Positions 39,104-46,964 of a DNA stretch of 64,000 nt are shown here, one piece after another. The position numbers and the translations under genes were made by a program. Positions within the stretch are counted from its first letter, which is position 1; every line of letters begins with the position of its first letter. The stretch is from Nitrospirota bacterium (GTDB lineage: Bacteria; JACPQY01), in the NCBI GenBank assembly GCA_016180645.1, contig JACPAV010000020.1, forward strand, positions 1 to 64,000, in the 5' to 3' direction. A model generated the notes under the pieces. The model did not search any database and was not told the DNA's origin. It saw only the letters and a list, made by a program, of their open reading frames with translations.

Positions 39104-39955
39104 TCATCGGATCCAGTGGGGGAGGTCCGGCGCAACCTCGCGGAGTCTTCCGAGGATTGCATCGCGCGAGCTCAGGCCGCGCAGCTGCGTGGGTTCCGAG
39201 CTATGAGGCGAGAGAAATATCATTGTAGGTGTCGTCGTGATCTTTGCCGATTCGAAGAGCGAATCACCCGGGATGAACGGGAACGGAAGGGCGCGTTTCG
39301 GATAACCGGTGGATGGGGCGACGCCGATGACCTGAATGTGGCCGTGGGATATCTTGAGGATCTCGGCAAGAATCGGTTCCTGCTGGGCGCAAAAAGGGCA
39401 CCCCTCGCGTGAGAAATAGAGAATGGTGGGGCGGTCAGGCGCTGGAAATTGGAAGCTGGCGTTCTGGGGCGATGCGTTCTGCGGCGATGGTTGAGCTGGG
39501 AGAGGAAGGGCGCCAGGGATGGTATACCCCATGGATGCCCATTCGGCCGCAAGGGCCTGGGCGAGCAAGGCGGATCCGTAGTTGACCCGAGTCATGGTCT
39601 CTCTGAGCTTCGCGGCGATCTCCGAGGCTTTTTGTTCCGTGGGCGCGGCAAGAAACAGTTGGACCTCCTGCTCGGTCGGCCCCACGGCGCCAGGCGCCTG
39701 GGGTGGTCGCCCAGGCTCTTCCTCTTCTGTGTCTCGTGGAGCGGGGGCAAGGGTCTTGTTCTTGGGAAGCTGAGTGGGTGGCACCTTGTCGTTGGAGGAT
39801 GGCTTCACACAGTCCCGTGAAAAGAAGTTGATCTTGCACGGTAGGAAATCGATCCACGCGCCGGCGAGTCCGGGCGAGATGATGGCACCCGAGAGGATGA
39901 CAAGGGTCGATAGGACCGACCGCAGGGGAACAAGGAGCTTGGCGAGGGTATTCAT
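39104..39955 (-). CDS. traF: TraF-like thioredoxin-fold protein
   Basis: Signal peptide, LYFSREGCPFCAQQEPIL, ITTTPTMI. Confidence 0.7.
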   Translation of the reverse strand: MNTLAKLLVPLRSVLSTLVILSGAIISPGLAGAWIDFLPCKINFFSRDCVKPSSNDKVPPTQLPKNKTLAPAPRDTEEEEPGRPPQAPGAVGPTEQEVQLFLAAPTEQKASEIAAKLRETMTRVNYGSALLAQALAAEWASMGYTIPGALPLPAQPSPQNASPQNASFQFPAPDRPTILYFSREGCPFCAQQEPILAEILKISHGHIQVIGVAPSTGYPKRALPFPFIPGDSLFESAKITTTPTMIFLSPHSSEPTQLRGLSSRDAILGRLREVAPDLPHWIR

Positions 39956-40314
39956 CTGTGGGGCGGTGATGGTGGAGTGCCTTGCATCCGGTCAGGCCCT
40001 GTGGGGAGAAACAACGAATCCGAGGGTAGTGGGTCCTCCCCGGACAGGAGTTGTCGTAAGGTGGTAAGGCTCTGCCTGACTTGGTGGTATGTTTTAATCT
40101 GGGTCCGAAGGGCAGCGAGAACAGCGGTTGGCTGGGCACTGGAGGCGTCCAGGAGATGCGGGCAGCTGGCCCTTTCCGTGCAGCGGCCCTGAGATGACGG
40201 CTTGAGCAGATAGGCGGTAGCTGCCGCGGCCGCAACGAGGAAGAAGAATGTTCGGAGCAGAGGGCGAGGGCACCTCTGCGGGCCTGTCGCTGGGTTCAGG
40301 GGGCTGGTCTTCAT
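39952..40314 (-). CDS. Hypothetical membrane-anchored protein
   Basis: One TM; ATGA overlap with traF. Confidence 0.5.
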   Translation of the reverse strand: MKTSPLNPATGPQRCPRPLLRTFFFLVAAAAATAYLLKPSSQGRCTERASCPHLLDASSAQPTAVLAALRTQIKTYHQVRQSLTTLRQLLSGEDPLPSDSLFLPTGPDRMQGTPPSPPHR

Positions 40315-40317
40315 GGG

Positions 40318-40896
40318 TCAGGCAGGCAGTGCGGAGAGGTCGGTGCGATTGAGAGTTCGATCCGCAACGAACTGTTCAATCGCGTGGGCGATGCCGGAGA
40401 GCTTCATGGCGACAACCGCGGCCGCAAATTTCTCAAGCTGGGAGAATACGAGGCGGCCAATGGTGGATCGGAGAATGCGGGATGCTCCGAGATCAAGATG
40501 AAGGAGGATCTCCGCGTCGATGCGGGTCTTCCCGTCGCCGGCTAAAAATCGGTACAAGCCTTCTCCGGTAATGTAGGCATCGAAGCCCTCGACGCGGATC
40601 GTCCAGGTGATCGAATTGGTGCGTGGGCACCAGGAACTGACCGTGACGAAAGCGATCTCCTGTGCGCCGATCGCCTTGCGGAGGAGCTTGGGAACGTTCG
40701 CCTCCACCACCCAGCGGTCGGTCCGGATTACGGTTCCCTGAGAACTCGTCTTGTGAATCGGCTTGATGGATCGAATGTCAGGCATGTAGTCCGTGAGCGA
40801 TTCGAGATTCGTAAGGGCCAGCGAGAACAGGTCATCCGCGGAGCCGGCGTGGACGACCAGGTCCTTCTGTATTCGCAGTGTCTTTTTGGTTTGCAT
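40318..40896 (-). CDS. SRPBCC/START-like (DUF2505-like) protein
   Basis: LTDYMPDIRSI..RW..A.VP..L and SITWTI pattern; GGAGG RBS. Confidence 0.55.
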   Translation of the reverse strand: MQTKKTLRIQKDLVVHAGSADDLFSLALTNLESLTDYMPDIRSIKPIHKTSSQGTVIRTDRWVVEANVPKLLRKAIGAQEIAFVTVSSWCPRTNSITWTIRVEGFDAYITGEGLYRFLAGDGKTRIDAEILLHLDLGASRILRSTIGRLVFSQLEKFAAAVVAMKLSGIAHAIEQFVADRTLNRTDLSALPA

Positions 40897-41008
40897 CTCC
40901 AACCTCCTCTTTTGGAGAAACTATAAGCATGGGCGTGCCAAGGGACTGATGCAGCCGTTCGGGATGACTGGGAATTCCACGCAGGCGGCACCACAAATAC
41001 TCCGTGTT

Positions 41009-41024
41009 TGTTTCAGGTGAAACA
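41009..41024. promoter_or_regulatory. parS-like palindrome 1 (TGTTTCAGGTGAAACA)
   Basis: One mismatch from the parS consensus TGTTTCACGTGAAACA. Confidence 0.7.
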
Positions 41025-41084
41025 TCCGGCAAGGGGGAGGAACCGCTGACGATGAGGTCGGTGATCGCGGGCGGGAGGCTCCGT

Positions 41085-41100
41085 TGTTTCAGGTGAAACA
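41085..41100. promoter_or_regulatory. parS-like palindrome 2 (TGTTTCAGGTGAAACA)
   Basis: Identical 16-mer 76 bp from the first. Confidence 0.7.
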
Positions 41101-41219
41101 AACGCGGAGGACTTTTGGTTAGGGTCGCATGGATTTAGGCGTCATAGCAGGGGATTGGGCAGGTACCTTGGCATGGGGTTGCTCTATGGTGTGGTCATGA
41201 GTGTGATCGAGTCCGCAAG

Positions 41220-41276
41220 ACGATGTAGAGACCCCATCAACCTTCCACTCATCGTCCCCGAAGCGAAGCGGAGGGG
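41220..41276 (+). repeat. 57-bp family-A unit upstream of the pilin gene
   Basis: ..GACCCCATCAACCTTCCACTCATCGTCCCCGAAGCGAAGCGGAGGGG. Confidence 0.8.
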
Positions 41277-41459
41277 GCGATCAGGCGCGAACGCTCTGAC
41301 GGGAGCGGCCGGGTCGGCCATCCTGGCCGCTTCCGGCACCGCTACCGCGTCCTGCGGGCGGGAATCGATCCACCAAGAAATAAGGAAGGAAATGAATCGA
41401 AGGGAAGCAAACCGCCGCTCGATAGAGCGGCATCCCGAAAGGGAAGGAGGTACAGTCGA

Positions 41460-41858
41460 ATGAATACATCGGTAAGAAAAAGAATTGCAGCGCTCGTCGG
41501 CGGATTGTGCTTGACGATCGCCGTGCTGGCCGGAACCGCCGCAGTGGCGCGTGAAGCGGCCGCTGCAGGGACCTCGAACTCGGTGAACATCTCGCCGGAG
41601 TTCAACGATATCGTCACGTACACGGACAGCGCGACAAGCCTCACGAAGGGAGTGTTGATCCCGCTTCTTTTCGTGATCGGAATCGCGATGTTCCTGCTCG
41701 GGCTGTACATCGCGAAAGGTTCACTGGTGGTGAGAAGCCTCACGGCCTTCCTTCTCGCCGGCTTCGTGGTGGGGCTTGCGAATAAGGCGTTGACTAAGAT
41801 CAACGGGTTCAACAGCACCGCAGTGGTGGTGACCACCCCCACCAGCAGCCAGCCCTAA
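41460..41858 (+). CDS. Putative conjugative pilin (TraA/VirB2-like)
   Basis: Signal peptide plus two hydrophobic helices, directly before the VirB4 gene; GGAGG RBS. Confidence 0.55.
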   Translation: MNTSVRKRIAALVGGLCLTIAVLAGTAAVAREAAAAGTSNSVNISPEFNDIVTYTDSATSLTKGVLIPLLFVIGIAMFLLGLYIAKGSLVVRSLTAFLLAGFVVGLANKALTKINGFNSTAVVVTTPTSSQP

Positions 41859-41870
41859 GAGCGGCCGGCG

Positions 41871-44408
41871 ATGGCGGTGTCAAGAGCTGTCCTGGAGGTC
41901 CTCTTCTCCAGAGGAGAGGACCTCGGGGAGCTCCTGCCGTACGGGTTCCATGATCGTTCGGCCGGGGTGTACATGGGAGTGGACGGCGCGATGGGCGCCA
42001 TCTTCGAGCTCACACCGTGCGCCTCGGAAAGCGAAACGGAAGAGATCCGGAACGAGGCCGTAGCGAAAGCCGAACGGTTCTTCGCGGATATCCCTTCAGG
42101 CGTTGACGCCCAGTTCATCATTGTTTCGAGTGGTCACGTCGATGAGGACGTGGACGCGTACGAAGCCGGAACGGACACGGACAATAAGATCGTGCGGGCC
42201 TTGGTGGACAACCGGATGGCGCGGCATCAACGGGCGGTACGCGAAGGGTTCGTCCCGGGTGACCCGATGCGGGCGAGATCCGTGCGGTACTACTTCACGC
42301 TGCGTTATGGCAAACGTGAGATTGAGGGTGGCTGGTCACGCGTTCTCGGGATGGTCCGTTCGGGCAGCTACCACAGGGACAAGGTAGATCGCCGGCACGA
42401 TGAAGTGAAGGAGGTTTTCCAACGCTGGGTGGAGACGGTTCGCCGAGGACTCGACTGGTTGGGCCTCGACCCGCGACCCGTGGGTCCTTCTGCTCTTCTG
42501 CGGCTACTCGACATCATCCTGAATCCGAATCTGTCGTATCAGCGTCCGCTTGACGGTCGCACACCCTTCGACCCGGAGTTGCCTTTGCGACATCAGGTTT
42601 GCCGGGAGGTGTACGAGGTCGCAGGGGGGCGGATCCTAACGGGTGCGGAACAGGGGACGGAAGGGCGCAAGGTCATCAAGGCATTCTCCCTCACGGGTCT
42701 TCCGAGTCAGGTACGGCCGGGGATGATCCAGGATCTGATCGAACGCATCCCCTACGATTTTGTGGCTACGCTGAACTTCAGAGTTGAGGACAGCCTGGAT
42801 GCCATTCAGGGCCTCGATGTCGCCCGTTTTTTTCTGGGGCGTCACTCGCGGGGTATGCTCGGCCAGGAGAATTTCGGTGCCCGGGCAACGCTGGAGGAGA
42901 TTGAGGAGGTTTCGACGGAGGTTCATTCCCAGGGGAGGCGCCTGATAAAGTTTGCGCTCCACGTCGTGGCCGTCGGCAAAGCGTCGCAAGAGGCGCGCAT
43001 TGAGGACGAGGTGGGGCAGGCGTTTCGGAGCCTGATGGGGACTGCGACGGTAGAAAGAATTGTGTGCCTGCCGGTCCTCCTTTCGTCTCTCCCGCTTGGC
43101 TTCGACGCGGCGCTCGACACGAGCCTCAGGCGCCTTCGGACCGTGCTGTCAGACCGCTTCGCTTGCCTGACGCCCGTGTGGGGCTGCTGGCGGGGAATGA
43201 ACAATCGGGTGGCGGCCTATGTCAACCGATTGGGGGAGATGGTTGGCTTTGATTTGTTTGGAGCGGACGGAGCGCCGCACGCGATGATCTTGGGTGGGAC
43301 GGGGAAGGGGAAAAGCTTTATGATGCAGGACCTCATCCTCCAGACCTTCCGGCACAGGGACAAGCCGTACTTTTTCGTGATCGACATGATGGGCGGATCC
43401 TACCGAAAACTGTGCGAGGTTTTGGGGGGGCGATACATCGAGGTGGACCTCAAGAAGCCGGTGCGGATGAACCTTTTCGCCGGCGAATATTCCGAGGACC
43501 AGGCTGCGTATTGGACGAATCTGTTGTACCTCATGGTCAAGGACCAAGGGGCCAAGGGTCCCATGTCGCACGAAGTCAGGGCCGTGCTGACCGATGGCGT
43601 TAGGTCCGCGTTCGCGGGCAAGGGAGGGGAGGAGGTTTTCCTTTCGGATGTGGCGGACGCTCTCCGATCTCTGGGGGATTTGGGAGCGGGTCTTGCGCTC
43701 AGACTACGGCCGTTTCTGAGGGGGGTCGGCGTCTTCGGCGAGATATTTGACGGTCCCTCAACCCTGCCTACGGGGGACCTGCCACGTTTCACCGTGTTTG
43801 ACCTGACGGGAGCCAAGGAACACAAAGACCTCCACGCACCACTGCTGGGCGCCGTGATCCAACAGATCCAGCGACTGGTTTCGGGGCCGGCTCTGCGCGG
43901 GGTGAGAAAGATCATCCCGATGGACGAAGGCTGGGCGGCGCTAAAGGATGATGCGGGCGAGGAGTTCGCGAGGGAGGCGTGGAAAACTTTCCGAAAAATG
44001 TACGCGGCGGTTCTGTTCATGACGCAGGACATGGAAGACGTGGCCAAGAGCGCGGCTGGACAAGCGATCATCAACAACTCATCAACCTTTATTATCTTCC
44101 AGCACAGAGACGAGGCGTTTTCATCGCTCAAGAGCGGACTTAACCTGTCAGACGCCCGGACCAACTTGGTGCGCTCCCTGCAATGGAAGAAGGGGTATTT
44201 CAGCGAAGTGTACGTGAAAACGGCACACGGCGGCCGAACGGTGGATACGGTACTGAGGGTGATTCCGGACGGGTTCAGCTATTGGATGTTCACGATGGAC
44301 GGAGACGATCTGAAGGTGCTCGATGAAAAGCAGCGGAGCGCGGGAAACCTTTTGGCAGCGATCGAGGCGCTTTCGAAGGAGAAGCCGCATGGAGCGAAGG
44401 CGGCCTAA
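41871..44408 (+). CDS. traC: TraC/VirB4 T4SS ATPase
   Basis: GGTGKGKS Walker A, IDMMGGSY, MDEGW, FRK...TQD. Confidence 0.92.
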   Translation: MAVSRAVLEVLFSRGEDLGELLPYGFHDRSAGVYMGVDGAMGAIFELTPCASESETEEIRNEAVAKAERFFADIPSGVDAQFIIVSSGHVDEDVDAYEAGTDTDNKIVRALVDNRMARHQRAVREGFVPGDPMRARSVRYYFTLRYGKREIEGGWSRVLGMVRSGSYHRDKVDRRHDEVKEVFQRWVETVRRGLDWLGLDPRPVGPSALLRLLDIILNPNLSYQRPLDGRTPFDPELPLRHQVCREVYEVAGGRILTGAEQGTEGRKVIKAFSLTGLPSQVRPGMIQDLIERIPYDFVATLNFRVEDSLDAIQGLDVARFFLGRHSRGMLGQENFGARATLEEIEEVSTEVHSQGRRLIKFALHVVAVGKASQEARIEDEVGQAFRSLMGTATVERIVCLPVLLSSLPLGFDAALDTSLRRLRTVLSDRFACLTPVWGCWRGMNNRVAAYVNRLGEMVGFDLFGADGAPHAMILGGTGKGKSFMMQDLILQTFRHRDKPYFFVIDMMGGSYRKLCEVLGGRYIEVDLKKPVRMNLFAGEYSEDQAAYWTNLLYLMVKDQGAKGPMSHEVRAVLTDGVRSAFAGKGGEEVFLSDVADALRSLGDLGAGLALRLRPFLRGVGVFGEIFDGPSTLPTGDLPRFTVFDLTGAKEHKDLHAPLLGAVIQQIQRLVSGPALRGVRKIIPMDEGWAALKDDAGEEFAREAWKTFRKMYAAVLFMTQDMEDVAKSAAGQAIINNSSTFIIFQHRDEAFSSLKSGLNLSDARTNLVRSLQWKKGYFSEVYVKTAHGGRTVDTVLRVIPDGFSYWMFTMDGDDLKVLDEKQRSAGNLLAAIEALSKEKPHGAKAA

Positions 44409-46101
44409 ATTGAGAAACCTTCGTTACGTGGTGGCGGGTGTGGCGGCAAGCGCGTGCCTGCTGTGGGACCTTTCGTCGGCCAGTGCCTCGGAGAGCCCAA
44501 CCGGAGTAGCCGGGGACCTGGTGAATCTTTGTTACTCGTTCCTCAACCCCACGTGTCTTGGGTACGGCCTTGAAGTCAAACCGGTTGTGTGCCCGGCAAC
44601 AAATGCGGCGGTCAGCTACTACACGCCGCGGTTCATTGTCGAAATCGTCAACAAGCCGGGTGAAGTGCTCTTGGGTGAACCCTTCAGCTACTTGGTCGAG
44701 AGGGCGCTGGAGGAGGTGCAAGCCGGGTGGAAAACGATGGGCATGGGTGTGATCGGGGGGGCGCTGGGAGCCTTGAGCGGAAGAAGCGCCGAAATGGCGG
44801 CGCTGGGGGCGGGGACGGGTGCGCTCCTGGGGGAGCTCGGACTCGAACGCCTGGGCTCGGGTGAAAGCAAGTACGAGAACGGATCGTTTCAATTCAGGCG
44901 CGAAGCCCACGTGTACGAGCTGGACTGGGATCCCTACTCAATGCTGGAACTGGACCAGAACTGCGAGCCGAGAATGATTCCAGATTATCCGTTGATCTAT
45001 CCGGTTTATCTCTCAGAACTGGACTTCTGGCACTGGTCGACCGGATTGGGAGATTTTGTCGCAACCGATGAGTTGGCCTTCAAGGGAAAGACGCTTGCGA
45101 CAGGGGTTCCGCGGGCCTTGTTGGGGTTCAAGACGCTCGGTCCGTACGGACCGGCGTACCCGACCTACGGTGAGGTCGAAGATCCAGGGAACGAAGCGCA
45201 GGGCGCGCTTGTACTCGCGCTGCGGGCGGTCCAACGAAGTCACGACCTGGGTCTACCCGGGCTGAGCATGGGAGACGTGAGAAGAGTTCTTCTTTCCGAC
45301 GCAGGTAAGCTTGGCGCCGGTACGTGCGTGGACCCGAACATGGACATGAAGGACATGCCGGCGCACATGTTTGACTTCTCCAAAAGTTCCGCTCTCAACA
45401 TGAATGGCTGGGTCCTCTACGTCTACGAAAAGCGCACACACTGCGTGGACAAGGCTACCTGGCGGTGCGGAGTGGGGGTTGCAGCCCGGGCCATAGGGGC
45501 CGTAACGGGACCGAAGGGATACTTGCTTGTGGAAGGTGGGGCGAGGTGGCTCAAGAGCGCGGAAGTGAGCATGCGCGTGAAGGAGTTTTCGGAGAAGGTC
45601 ATCGAGACGTATCGGGAATACAGGAAGTACATCAAGACCCTCCTCAAGCTGGCGGGCGTGGTGATCAGCGCGTACACGATCTATCGATCGGTGGATGAAA
45701 TCAGGCAGATGTCGAAAACGGCGGGAGATGAGAAGGCGGCCCGCGAGGCAACGGGGAAGGACGGTGTGGAGACGGTGTCGAGGGCCAACCGGGTCCGATC
45801 ACAGTCCGAGCGCTGCGCAGGCCTCGCCGCGGGAGACCGGGAGAGCTGTCTAAAATCCGAAATGCGCAAGGAGGAGTGTCAAGAGAATACGGAGTGTAAC
45901 TCTGTGAGCAGGGAGCAGGATGCCAGGATTAAGGGGGCGGCCACGGCGCATTCGCGCCACCTGGGCGGCGGCAGATATGAAATCAGCGACGGGACGCAGA
46001 CCACGATCATCCAACTGCCCGTCGCGCCGGAGGCGACGCAAGGCCCCGATGATTCTTCCTCTCGTCGTCCCCGGAGCGGAGCGGAGGGGAATGACAAATG
46101 A
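44389..46101 (+). CDS. TraU-like protein
   Basis: VSYYTPRFIVEIV, FREAHVY-like, YLSELDFWHW, YGPAYP.YG motifs; Cys-rich. Confidence 0.65.
   Translation: MERRRPKLRNLRYVVAGVAASACLLWDLSSASASESPTGVAGDLVNLCYSFLNPTCLGYGLEVKPVVCPATNAAVSYYTPRFIVEIVNKPGEVLLGEPFSYLVERALEEVQAGWKTMGMGVIGGALGALSGRSAEMAALGAGTGALLGELGLERLGSGESKYENGSFQFRREAHVYELDWDPYSMLELDQNCEPRMIPDYPLIYPVYLSELDFWHWSTGLGDFVATDELAFKGKTLATGVPRALLGFKTLGPYGPAYPTYGEVEDPGNEAQGALVLALRAVQRSHDLGLPGLSMGDVRRVLLSDAGKLGAGTCVDPNMDMKDMPAHMFDFSKSSALNMNGWVLYVYEKRTHCVDKATWRCGVGVAARAIGAVTGPKGYLLVEGGARWLKSAEVSMRVKEFSEKVIETYREYRKYIKTLLKLAGVVISAYTIYRSVDEIRQMSKTAGDEKAAREATGKDGVETVSRANRVRSQSERCAGLAAGDRESCLKSEMRKEECQENTECNSVSREQDARIKGAATAHSRHLGGGRYEISDGTQTTIIQLPVAPEATQGPDDSSSRRPRSGAEGNDK
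46033..46089 (+). repeat. 57-bp family-A unit forming the TraU-like C-terminus
   Basis: GCGACGCAAGGCCCCGATGATTCTTCCTCTCGTCGTCCCCGGAGCGGAGCGGAGGGG. Confidence 0.9.
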
Positions 46102-46964
46102 GCGTCGTCGGGGTGGTGCAGGATCACTGGCGCGTTTTCCACTCAAGTGTATTGGGTCAGGGCGGATGGATTCCTGTCGCGCACTCGGGCGGGCTGCTGT
46201 GGCTCAGTCTCTCGCCCGGTCTGGGCTTCCTGATGCTGTGCCTTGGCGCCGCCAGCCGCGCGCGCGGCCGGCGGGGAACGGGGTTATGGGTGAACCTGGC
46301 GTTGAACCATCTGGTGCTGGGAGTTTCGTACTGGGCGCTTGTGGGTCTCAGGATCCACGGCGCACTGATGGAGTCCGCCGGATTTGGGGGAGAGATGGTG
46401 GCTCTGGAAGTCCTGCTCCTGAGCGGACTGGTCGGAGTTCATTACTACTACCGGCAAGCGGGTCGACCGAACGCTACGGTGGTTGAGGAGTGGGAGGCCG
46501 GGATGGGTCTGACGACGCAAGGCCCCCATGATTCTTCATCTCGCGACGCGAAGATCCCATGTCGATTCCTGTCGTCGTCCCGGTGCCAATCCCCATCGCT
46601 TCCAATCACCGTCCCCGGAGGGGGGCCGAAGCGGAGCGAAGGGGATCGTCCGTGGAGCGGAGCGGAGGGGACGAAGGCGCAAGCCCCCGTGCGCTTCTGG
46701 GTGAGGTGCGTCTGTTGGGTGTACTTGGTCCTTCCGGCGGTGCTGTATCTCGCAGTCCGCGCGAGGCGGGGTTGGGGTGCTGGGCGGGGCGGCGATGCTG
46801 AGATCCCACGATCCTTCCACTCACGACGCCAAGACCCCATGGCGAATCCGCCCGTCGCCCCAGAAGCGGAGCGAATGGGGTCGTCCCTGGAGCGGAGCGG
46901 AGGGGGCGGCGGCGCGGATGATTTGCGGTTGACGCCTGAAGAGCGGGGATACGATGTGGCTTGA
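46098..46964 (+). CDS. Hypothetical membrane protein largely expanded by repeat insertions
   Basis: About four TMs; overlaps its neighbours; about 90 codons are repeat-derived. Confidence 0.55.
   Translation: MSVVGVVQDHWRVFHSSVLGQGGWIPVAHSGGLLWLSLSPGLGFLMLCLGAASRARGRRGTGLWVNLALNHLVLGVSYWALVGLRIHGALMESAGFGGEMVALEVLLLSGLVGVHYYYRQAGRPNATVVEEWEAGMGLTTQGPHDSSSRDAKIPCRFLSSSRCQSPSLPITVPGGGPKRSEGDRPWSGAEGTKAQAPVRFWVRCVCWVYLVLPAVLYLAVRARRGWGAGRGGDAEIPRSFHSRRQDPMANPPVAPEAERMGSSLERSGGGGGADDLRLTPEERGYDVA
46512..46670 (+). repeat. Nested family-A units plus a 45-bp insert
   Basis: 159 bp = 57 + 57 + 45. Confidence 0.8.
46792..46905 (+). repeat. Nested family-A units
   Basis: 114 bp = 2 x 57. Confidence 0.8.
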
